The notes under the pieces: model-generated
The model's input: the letters and a program-made list of their open reading frames with translations, nothing else
What the model was told of the DNA's origin: nothing
The model's database searches: none
Origin: Selaginella moellendorffii
Taxonomy: Eukaryota; Plantae; Lycopodiophyta
Reading direction: 5' to 3'
DNA length: 64,000 bases
Assembly (NCBI RefSeq): GCF_000143415.4
Contig: NW_003314263.1
Coordinates: 4,157,628 to 4,221,627 of the forward strand
Program-made: the position numbers and the translations under genes
In this document: positions 50,095 through 60,371 of the stretch, piece after piece
Position numbering within the stretch: position 1 is the stretch's first letter
Layout of the letters: every line of letters begins with the position of its first letter

Positions 50095-51324
50095 TGACAG
50101 AGGTAAAAATGTGATAATGGGCTCGTTGTTGGAGGACGTACATAACACATCACCATAGAGTTCTATGTATCATTCTTCATTCTTAGTGACACAGTTTGAC
50201 GCATTATGGAAAACGATTTTGCTGTAATTTAGATGCGGACTTCCCGAATGAGGATTTCTCCACGCCGCCAAAGAGAACGTACAAGGCCCCTGGCAGCTGT
50301 GTTCTTCCGGATGGCTCTTGCAAGTGGAACTCGATCTACGAGCATCTGGCTTAAAACCAAAACTAATCTATTGTCTATTCAAACCTTTATGGAGGTAAAA
50401 CTCTTCAATATATGCTCCTAGCAAACCAAATTGGACAAAAAACTGGCTGAGTGCCAATGTGTGCTAGCACTCGTGATCCTTAGTCACCTCGTACTTCTAT
50501 TCAAAGAAGAAACACGAGTCGTCGATCAAGCTCCACTTCCTGGAGCCCGGTCTTGTAAGTCGGCTCATCTCGTACACTTGTTCGTGCCGTCTGAAAGCTT
50601 AAACTCGGGCATCGGTCCCTTGTGGATCCTGTTTCGAGCAGCAGCTCCTCCTCCTCTGGATGAAGCTCCTGGTTGCTGGAGATTGCGACGACGGGGGAGG
50701 AGAAGAGGAAGACGCGTAAGGATTTGCTGGCGATGGCGATGGCGATGGGGATGGAGAAGGATTTGGTGGCGTTTGAGAGCTTGATGGTGCAGCTGATGGA
50801 GCGCCAAAGCCACAAGAACTCGCTCTCCTCCTTAAATACTGAGATCATCTGTGGTTTAATATTTTCATAAAGGTGGGAGCGGGAGCACTGCTGCAACTAG
50901 CCCGCAGGCGGCAGCCCCTGGAGCGGCTCCAAGTTTTGACTCAGGTATAAAGTCTTGGAGTATGGTTTGGTTTCTAATGTTGTTGACGCTGGTAATCGCA
51001 GCAGAGAGTTCTGGATCTAATGCGGGACCGTCAGTTTCCGCAAGTGGCTCTGGTGTTGAAACGGCAGCTTCAGTAGGATCTAGTAGTTCGTCAGCTGGCG
51101 AGCCGATGCTGGTAGTATCATCGTCAACTTCGCCAGCTTTAACCGGATCATCACTATCAACACCAGCTTCTGGAGAATCCACACTAGCGTCGTTGTTGGC
51201 TGGATCGTTTACTCCAATGCCATCGTCCGCTTCGACTGGATCAAGCACGCCAGGCCAAACTTCGAGCTCGTCCGCTCAGACTGGATCAAGCTCAGCACTA
51301 CCTGGCACTGGAACTGGATATGGC

Positions 51325-51975
51325 GATTACCTTGTCTCTTTCGCATATGTATGTTTCGTGGCTTTCAAAAGTTTCTCCATGACCGTTCGGAATTGTTACT
51401 ACTAGAAAGACAAAGAAGATGCATCCTAGTACCTGTAACTCTCCCCGTTTTTCTGGTGGTGAATCACAAAAAATATTGAAAAGAAGAGGAAGAAACTTAT
51501 CCGAAAACGCAGAAATGGCTGACAAGTTTGCCCGATGCAATGTCCTTGGAATAACATGCTTTTTCCTTTTGTTTTGCTTTTCCAATATCTAAGGATAAAA
51601 ACTCGTCAAGCGTAGTTCACAGGAAGTAAGAAGCTTCACCTGGATGCTGGAAGAGATCACTCCTCTAAGATCTTCCTCAAGAAGCTTTGCAATCACCTTG
51701 TCCACAGGATAATTGCAAAAGGATGGAAGAAGAGCCCAAAGATCAAGCTCCGGAGAAAGAAAAGAAAACGAGGCGAGCGTACCTTTGGTCTCATATCCAC
51801 GCAAAACTTGAGAAGCAGCTCGATCGATCGGCGGCGCAAAGGATACACTCGATGCGTGGCAGAAAACAACAACCAGAGCCTTTTCACTCGTGGATCGCAG
51901 CACGGAGGCGGGAAGCTTGGGAAGGAACGCGGCCAGGAATGTGAGGAAAGCCGTCTGAAATTTAGGGTTTATACA
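51325..51975 (-). pseudogene. Multiply deleted partial copy of RRP12 5' half
   Basis: Patchwork of blocks matching 46246-46810, 48131-48421 and 48664-48690, including intron sequence. Confidence 0.9.
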
Positions 51976-52002
51976 ACAACCGGGATTTTAGGGTTCTTGA
52001 GG

Positions 52003-53691
52003 ATGGAGGAGGAGGCGATGGAGGCGATGGAGGTGAGCTTCAATGTGGGGCGCTGCAGCGCGCCGGACGTTCCCGTGGCGCACGGTGGCGCCGCGGCGGC
52101 GGAGTCGGCGCTGGCGGTGGTGGATCCTCTCCAGAAGCGAGTGACCTTCAACCCTAGGTACGAGCAGATGTGGGCGCCCATGGAGGGGCCGATCCACCCC
52201 TATAACAAGGACGGCCTCTCGCGGGGGATGAAGAACCACGCGCTGGGCGTGGTGGAGGACTCGTCCATCTCTCCTTTCACCTTCGACGAGCAGTACCACA
52301 CATTCCAGGCGTTTGGCTATGCCGCGGATACCTCGGCTCCAAATGGTGCCAATTTGATCGGCGACCCGGACAAGATCAAGGACAATGCCGGGCTCACAGT
52401 CTTCAACATCCCACAGCACGAGCTCAAGAAGAGGAAGGCCGAGGGGCGGCTGGAGAGGGTCCAGGAGCTCGAGGGTGGCCTGGATCCTTCCTCGGACGAG
52501 TGGCTGGCCAAATCCATCACGAGCCCCTGGGCCGGTACGCGCAAGGGGATCCAGGTGGAGATGACCGACGAGCAAAAGATGTATGCCGAGGAGCACGCCA
52601 AGAAGAAGCTCGCCAGGGAGGCCCGAGAGGCCGGTATCAAGCCCGAGGTGCCGGACTCCACCGAGTTCCATGGCGACGAGCACGTCGACTACCAGGGGCG
52701 CTCTTGGGTCGTTCCTCCGGCGGATGTCAAGGCCGCAAACGATCGATGCTTCTTCCCCAAGCGCTGCATCCATACGTGGGTCGGGCACAAGGGGAATGTG
52801 ATGACGATCCAGTTCTTTCCAAAGTATGGCCACCTCCTGCTCTCCGGGAGCAGCGACCACCAGGTGAAGATCTGGGACGTGCACAACCACAGGAAGTGCG
52901 TGAGGACGTACAAGGGGCACAGCGCCACTGTTCGTCACGTTTCCTTCAGCAACGACGGGCTCAAGTTCCTGAGCGTGAGCTACGACACCAAGATCAAACT
53001 TTGGGACACGGAGACGGGCAAGGTGATCTCGTCCTTCACCACCGGGAAGACGCCTTACGTCGCCAAGCTGCACCCGGACGATGACAAGCAGAACGTGTTG
53101 ATGGTGGCGATGAAGGACAAGAAGGTTGTGCAGTGGGACGTGGACAGCGGCAAGATCACGCAGGAGTATGACCAGCACCTGGACGCCGTGAACACCATCA
53201 CGTTTGTGGACAACAACCGGAGGTTCATCACGTCCAGCGACGACAGGTCCCTCCGCGTGTGGGAGTTTGGGATCCCGGTGGTGATCAAGTACATCAGCGA
53301 GCCGCATATGCACTCGATGCCCAGCATCGCGGTTCATCCAAACGGCAAGTTCTTCGCGGCGCAGAGCATGGACAACCAGATCCTCGTCTACGACACCAAG
53401 GAGCGCTTCCGGCTCAACAAGAAGAGGTTCCACGGCCACGTAACCGGGCTGGGCTGCCAGGTGAACTTCTCCCCCGACGGCAAGTATGTCATCTCGGGGG
53501 ATGGATCGGGGCGGTGCTGGTTCTGGGACTGGAAGACCACCAAAGTTCTCCACAAGCTGCACTGTTTCAAGCGGGTTTGCCTGGGCTGCGAGTGGCATCC
53601 ACTGGAGCAGAGTAAAGTCGCCACCTGCGGCTGGGAGGATGGTAGGAACGCTGGGAAGGACGGAGTTGGCATCATCAAGTACTGGGACTGA
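52003..53691 (+). CDS. CDC40: Pre-mRNA processing factor 17 / CDC40 (WD40), intronless
   Basis: [79 protein letters not shown]. Confidence 0.95.
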   Translation: MEEEAMEAMEVSFNVGRCSAPDVPVAHGGAAAAESALAVVDPLQKRVTFNPRYEQMWAPMEGPIHPYNKDGLSRGMKNHALGVVEDSSISPFTFDEQYHTFQAFGYAADTSAPNGANLIGDPDKIKDNAGLTVFNIPQHELKKRKAEGRLERVQELEGGLDPSSDEWLAKSITSPWAGTRKGIQVEMTDEQKMYAEEHAKKKLAREAREAGIKPEVPDSTEFHGDEHVDYQGRSWVVPPADVKAANDRCFFPKRCIHTWVGHKGNVMTIQFFPKYGHLLLSGSSDHQVKIWDVHNHRKCVRTYKGHSATVRHVSFSNDGLKFLSVSYDTKIKLWDTETGKVISSFTTGKTPYVAKLHPDDDKQNVLMVAMKDKKVVQWDVDSGKITQEYDQHLDAVNTITFVDNNRRFITSSDDRSLRVWEFGIPVVIKYISEPHMHSMPSIAVHPNGKFFAAQSMDNQILVYDTKERFRLNKKRFHGHVTGLGCQVNFSPDGKYVISGDGSGRCWFWDWKTTKVLHKLHCFKRVCLGCEWHPLEQSKVATCGWEDGRNAGKDGVGIIKYWD

Positions 53692-53825
53692 GCAACGTGT
53701 AGTTATAATTTATAGCTCTCTCAAGGGTAACCGTGAAAGACGTGGAAGCCGAGCTCTCAGTTCCTCCGTGTTGGGCTCCGATCTAGGCAAAGTATGAAGT
53801 TCTTACTTCGTGTAAACGGCTTACA

Positions 53826-53867
53826 CGGTCTTCGGTCTTCGGTCTTCGGTCTTCGGTCTGCGGTCTC
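53826..53867. repeat. 7-bp tandem repeat (CGGTCTT)n
   Basis: About 6 copies, directly visible. Confidence 0.85.
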
Positions 53868-54506
53868 AAACTCTGACCGTTGAAAAGACAATCTCGACCG
53901 ATTCCTTGAGGCGGTGCCACTGGACTGCGCGGCCGCTTACCTTCCATTTTGATGTCCAGGCAGAGAGATCCTCCAAGTCACTATTGGGCTAGATGAGACT
54001 TTTGGAGTGAAATTCAACCTGCCCGAGGGTTTCCATGAGCCATTGTTTAGTTCACTCTATAGTGCAAGAGTTGTATTCATATTTCCTTGATAATTCAGGT
54101 TGTGGCCAAGGAAAGACGTTTATTTTTTAGTTCTTTCCCAGTGAGAAAGTGCTGATTTGGGTCTTTTGTTGTACAAAATCGAGAATTAGGCTCATGTCAC
54201 ATTTGTTTTGGATTCTAACCTCAAGCAGGCATGAGTTTTAGGGAAGAACAAATTGGAAAGCCTTGATCAATAAGATCATGTTAGGGCGTGGCCACTTAAA
54301 GAGTATGAAAGTGAAAGAGAGTCCGATTCCTAGAATATTCTTTATCTTATTGCGAGAATCTTCCAAAGTTTAATGAGATTAATGTGGGAATATCTCAAGG
54401 GTCCAAGAAAAGGTTAACTTTTTTTAAAACTGTTTTTCCCACACCAAGTTTAAACTGGGTAACCGAGGGTTTATACGGCACTACCTGGTAGAACTTTCGG
54501 CCGGCG

Positions 54507-57500
54507 ATGGCGGACTCCGGTGGCAATGGGGACGGCGGCGATGGGAGTTTGACGGTGCGAATCTTGCGGTTCGATCAACCTTGTGACCGGCGCCGATACC
54601 CCAACACTATCTCGGCGGAGGAGCTGAGCAAGGAGCATGGCGACGGCACTCTTGCGCCCTCACGCGACGTGTATGTTTGTGGTATGTAAACTCAAACGAG
54701 GGGAGGGAGCCGGCCAGGGCGTTGGCGCTGAGATCGAGGATCTGGATCTTGTTGGCGAAGAGATTGTTGGCGGCGTCGTCTGCCTATCTTGTGTCTCATG
54801 CCTCTCTCACGCAGCACTTCCTGCAAGCCAGCGCGACGCTCTTGAGAAACTGGCCCGGGGTATGCCCCCGTTTGATCCGTCACTGCCAATATCTCGAGAG
54901 AACCTCTTCGCATGGCTCATCACCAACGTCGTCCCTTGGGACGATCCTCTTAAACGCCTTGCAGTCGATCTGGCTGGATTATTGTTGATAGCCGATCGGG
55001 AATGGATGGAAGGGCTGCTCACAGCGATTCAAAACACCGGGGACTCGTCGAGGCCTCTCTCGGCCGTGCTTGAGTATGCATCTCCAACCACAGTACGTCC
55101 AAAAGTTGACTATCCACTGAGTGTCAAGGAGGTGCTACAGGTGGCCTGGGATCGCCCTTACCAGGATCCTTGCAAAGTGTTGGACTACGTTGCAGAGGTT
55201 ATCAATGGCTTGTTTGACGAGTGGCACAACGATATGGGGCAGCTTGCGGCATGGACGATGGTGCTGCAGAGCTCTGGGTGGGGAAAGTCAAGGACCATGC
55301 GAGAGCTGGCTACCAAGGGCTTTTACGTAGTGTACGTCTCCTTTCTCAAGGTCGGGTCTACAGGCATCCCGGATCGAAGTGCTGTGGCGCAGCAGCTGAT
55401 TGATAGCAAAATGAGCAACGATCCACGCGCCGTGGCAGCATGGGTTCTTGCCATTTTAACTCAGATCAAAGAGAAATCTCCAGAGGAGTGGATGAAGGAG
55501 CAGTCGGAGCCACATTTTGGCCAAGCCGTGGCTAAAAGGTTCTTAGCCACTATCTTCTCTCCTATCTTCTCTTTTTGCTTGCTGACTTTGTGCTGCTGGT
55601 GCTCGTTCCTCCAGCTACCTTAAACTCAGTGGGGAGGTGCTGGAGGAGGTGCGCGAGTCCAAGCCCGGTCCAGGACAGGACTGGGATGGTGTGAAGCTAA
55701 CTCACTGGATCCGGACGACGGCCAACCAGATTTTCGTACCCGATAAGAAGATCATTGTCTGCATGGACGAGGCCTCTTCATGGTTTGGACAGGTGGCCGG
55801 TTCATTCCTGGCCTGCAGGAGGTTTTTTTCGTGCATTCCGCGCAACTTAAAGGTGTTCGGACTGGTAGCAGATACTGCCGGAAAGCTCGGCCTCGTCATC
55901 CCTCCGCAAATGCAAGATCGCAGCTCCCGGGCAAGAGCTCCTTCGACCAGGTTCTTTGAGCCGATCTGGGTGGTGGGGAGCTTGTGGTGGGACTTCGAGC
56001 AGGCAAAGAAGCTAATGTCCTTGCAGCTGAAGACAAAGGATCCGACCACCCCCTTGGCAGAGCTGACGAAGGAGTTGTTCAGGTGGGGGCGGCCCCTGTG
56101 GCGTGCTACTCTCGACAATGGCGCAGATGGGATGGAGGTTGTGACGTTCGCCATGCAGAAGCTTCTGGGGATGCCCATGGAGAGACTGAAGCCGGGCGGT
56201 GAGGAATCACTGACAAACGCAATGGGCATTGCCGTTCTCGGGGTGGCGGCTGGCCTCGAGGTGGTAGCCTGGTCCGAACTAGCCAAGGACATGGTGGCGG
56301 GCAACATGCGGACGGTGAGCCACGTAAGTGGCGACCGTGACTGCGTCTTCACCGCGGACGCGTTCGAGCCTATATTGGGGGAGGCAGCCGCGCGCATACT
56401 GGACAACAAAGATCAGTTGAATGCGGTGCTGGAGGTGGCGCAGCGGGTTTTCAAGCAAGCGTACGTTGTGGAGGGGCCTCGAGGGGAAATAGTTGGGCGG
56501 ATTGTGCTGCTTCTGGCAGTACATGCCTGTTGCAAGCACGTCGTCGAAGCCAATAAGTTTACTCACCCTGTCAAGCTCCGGGACTTTGTGACCAAGCTGT
56601 GTGGGAAACCGCTGGAAGTAAAAGGGCTCGTCTGCTTCAACCGCTTCATTCTCCTCAACAGAAAGCAGATCACCAAGGAGGACTTGCTCTTATGCTTTCT
56701 GGGCAGTGTGGCGATCATACCGCAACGGAACCAGGAAGCTTACGATACACTGCTTCCAGTGCTGATGCCAGGGCCGGATGGGACGTATGAGCTTCGCCAT
56801 GACAGAATGCAAGCCGTGCCGGTTCAGATTCGAAACAGAGACACCTACTCTGTGAACACTCAGAAGCTTGCCAAGGCTGCATTGGAGTATGCTCTCTTTC
56901 TCACTTGCATTTAATCACGACTCTTTTTGTGTTCATTGCAGGTGGGATGACGAAGCTCCGGTTCTAGGAGCAGCCAGCTCCAGCCAGGCCAGCCGCAGCC
57001 AAGTTCCACAGGTCCTCCCTGAGGCTGACGTGGATCCGGACGAAGCTCCCCAGCGCCCTGTGCGTAGCTGCACGCAAATCAAACGGCAGAGTCCGCGTGG
57101 TGAAGATGGTGATGACGTCGAGGATGAAGATGAAGATAGTGACGACAAACTCAAGGATCCAACATATAGAGATATAGACGATGACAGTGATGAGAATGAA
57201 AGTGATCAGGAGGAGCCATCTCGGAAGAAGAGGCGAGTTGTCACGGATGGTGAGACGTTGGGGAGTCCTATTGCCATCTACATGCACTTGAGAGGACGCA
57301 AAAAGTCTTCGGTTGAAATTTCAGAAGATGGTAGAGTGTTAATTCTACACCAACTGGCATATTTGTTTCTTGGGGTAAGTGGGTAGAAGAGTGTTTTAAT
57401 GAGCTCATTTTATAATTTTTTGCAGGAAAAGATTCTTAATGCTCTTATGCAATTGTGCACAGCATATTTTAAAATGGAAGATCATTTAGTGGGGAAACGA

Positions 57501-57829
57501 GGTGACATAGTGAGACACAACTTGTTCAATTACTTTAAATTGCCCAAGCCAAAGGTAAAGAAGCCTTAGCGCAATTTGAGAGTTGTTGATTCCCAAGTTA
57601 ATCACTGAAATTGTCTTTGCTGACCAAACATTGTTTTCTACAATACCTTTCTGTTTTATGTTTGTCTTGTGTTTTAACACAGGCTGCTGTGGACCAAGTC
57701 CTCGTGACCAGCAAGCCGAAGACTTGTCTCGAGAAGGTTGAAAGTGTGTCCACTCGGAACCAAAGGCTCGTCCTCAATCTGATTTTCCGAATCAAAGTCC
57801 ACCAGCTCTGTCTTGTCGTTCCCTGCTAA
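54507..57829 (+). CDS. Crinkler (CR)-like P-loop NTPase + restriction-endonuclease-fold protein with acidic C-terminal region
   Basis: Walker A QSSGWGKSR, Walker B IIVCMDEA, GRPLW, EPILGEAA, GPRGEIVGRIVLLLA, CFNRF, PQRNQEAYD.LLPV, VQIRN. Intron 55539-55614 joins ORFs 54637 and 55637 in frame. The first junction and last exons are uncertain. Confidence 0.7.
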
Positions 57830-58199
57830 GCATCCCAAAGCTGTGGGAGAATGCAGCAAAAAGAACAAGAATTCTTGCTGCTGCAAGATATTGCCAATAG
57901 GGACAGGCACCGTTCCCTTACTTGTTCAAACTCTCGTACCATCTGAGAATTTTTTTGTCATGTCAAAGCAAAGCCTAGTAAACACCTTGGATGAGAAGCA
58001 GCAGCCGGGGATTGGCGATGGCACCACATTCTCTCTGGAGTTCTTCGTCTTGACTTTCGTAAAGCTCATGATCTTGTGCCAGAGATTTGTCCCTTGATCC
58101 CCATCTTAGTTTCCAGCCTCCTCGGTGTGAAAGTTCTCGTGTTTTGCTCCATATTTTGGTGTACATTCTAAGATGATGTTTAAAGTGGACCTCAATACA

Positions 58200-59415
58200 A
58201 ACTCTTGCAGGGGATTTAGAATGCATCACGCGGCACCTCAGAAGAAACGCATTCATCCAAATACCTATATGATGATGGTTCAGGAAGCCTACGAAGAGAG
58301 GCAGCAATACTTACGGCTGATTTTTCGAAGTCGTTCGCGAACAGTAGCACTATTTCCATGGTCCAGACCAAGTCGTTTATGAAGCATGCCACTGTGTTTA
58401 TGTTGATGTCACCAACCCCAAGCGCCTCCCAGTCATCTTTGTTAGAGACGTTAGAGACGGTGATCGCTGTGATTACTAAGGAGCAAGCCCCGGGCCTGGC
58501 TGGGGAATTCCTCGCAGCTTATCCACAGTAGCACCAGGTAGAAACAACCCCACCTTTTTCATGATCCCAATGCCCCGGAGATCCACTACAACACATCTCC
58601 TGATCCCCTGCAGCACCGCCTCACCCAACTCAAGTATGGCATCTTTTTCCTTCAGCCTCGTATTGGAGCTGGCCGCATTCGTCACAAACTCGTGTGGCAA
58701 AATCTCCAGCGGGAAGTTGTTGCAAAAATCGCGCTCAAGGTTCCATTGCAATGCCTTGTACTTGAGTGCCTTTGAAGGAACCGAGAGTAGCACACAATTT
58801 GTAGGGACCCTGTTATGCCAGATGTCCAAACATTCCTCAGATAATCTTGCGCAATTTATCTCCTTGTTACGCCACGCGTGCATAAACTCCTTATATTCCT
58901 TGGATAATTTTGCACGATCTATCTCTCGATCTTCATCGCTGATCACCACCGAGTCCGTCTTGTATCTGATACCAAGCTCGAAAGTAGAAAGGCAGCCGGT
59001 GGCCTCGATGCTCTCAATCTGGCAAGGCATGAGCTCAGTCACGGACGGTGGCATGTCCGGGTCGTAGTCTAAGTCAGGGCGGCTATACGGGCAGCTCCAG
59101 TAGGAGCTATTGCAATGCTTGCGCTGGTGAATGGTGCATTTGGTACCTCGGTGAGCCAACGCAAGCAGGGCCCCAAATTCTTTCATCAACCAACCATGGC
59201 TGCCGATGCTGTAATAGGAACTGTCAAAAAGAATGAGGGATGTGTTGATCTTGTCATAGTGCAAGACAAGTCGCGGTGCAGGTTGAGTAGTTGTTAATGA
59301 TCCATGGCCACTGCACAAGCTCCTCTGGAAAAGCTGACGAGCCGCAGCTGTTCTAGAAAATGCGATCATTTTGGATAGCCTCTCAACCGTAAAGCTTCTT
59401 ACCTGACCGCCACAT
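58200..59415 (-). pseudogene. Uncharacterised Cys/His-rich family gene disrupted by a micro-inversion
   Basis: ATG TGG CGG TCA G|gt at 59415 and ORF 58476-59369. The homologous tail KDDWEALGV...CFINDLVWTME continues out of frame beyond inverted 58441-58513. Confidence 0.7.
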
Positions 59416-59659
59416 CTCCTCCCCTGGCTAGGGTTTATAGCAGATCCCTACAGGATATTTCCTGAAGTTGCTATTTTGGTGCTCAATAGCTAAACAGTAG
59501 CAACAGCAGCCGAAGAATGAAATATATTCAAGATGTAGCTCATTAAGATGATTGCAAATTCAAAAGTGCAGCCTCTCCGTACAAACATGGCTGGATGACC
59601 GTTATCAATTTTGAAAATTGTTAATCATGTCTTGCTCTCTAGCCTTGCAAATTAACAGC

Positions 59660-60100
59660 CCAAAGCTTTGCCACTGCTGTCAACACATCCTTTTGGAGGA
59701 GGACAAGCCAGTTTCTCAGCTCATAGAGCTCACTCTCCCAATCCCTTGCCTTGTACATGGACATATCTTTGGTCAACTCCTCGTGAAAAAGTGGACCTGG
59801 AATCTCATGATATCTGGAATGCTCATCAAAGGCGAGCGGAATAGTATACCTCACTCTGAGAAGTCTCTTATTGTGAGAATAAACGCGCAAGTCCGGCGAC
59901 ACATATCGGCTTTAACTTTGCTCGAGCTCTCGAGACTCCAATGCCCAAAACGTTAACGTCTTTCTCTCTGAAAATTTTCCTCAAGAAGAAGCACTTGAGC
60001 GTCGAGTATCTCCACTGATGTCCACACTCTTGTCAAACGCTTTCACGGACATAATCTCCCTTGCCAATGATCTCCAGGCGCCAATCAACGTTCAATCTAC
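59660..60100 (-). pseudogene. Multiply deleted tandem copy of the extended UBC gene
   Basis: Ordered blocks match ~60466-61700 (YKARDW, SELYELR, YSHNK.LL, PLA.D.H, LKCFFLRK) with many deletions. Confidence 0.8.
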
Positions 60101-60371
60101 ATTTTTCTGACTTTTCATGCTCCTTTCCCATACAACATCTCTTAAAGCAGAGTGCGCGAGACTGCTCAATAGATGAGACCCAACGCTGGGCCGGCATTGA
60201 CCCCTACAACCAAGCATACTCCCTACTTATGTGTATATATTCCCTTGACCCAAGGATATATATAGAAGATGTAATTAGGATAGACTAAAAGTCTTGAGGT
60301 GTCAGCAAACATTCTACAGCTGACGGCTGATGGAATCTTTACCATTGACTAAAATTGACGTGATTTGACTT

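Noticed and set aside
50100-50900. Possible minus-strand gene with transit-peptide-like start (MALALHQ...)
   Set aside because: It has an in-frame stop and no identifiable product, so it cannot be supported as a CDS.
51808-52002. N-terminal extension of CDC40
   Set aside because: This stretch is antisense RRP12 pseudogene sequence. CDC40-like sequence starts at ATG 52003.
51988-53598. 536-aa antisense ORF
   Set aside because: It is an in-register shadow of the GC3-rich CDC40 CDS with no recognisable motifs.
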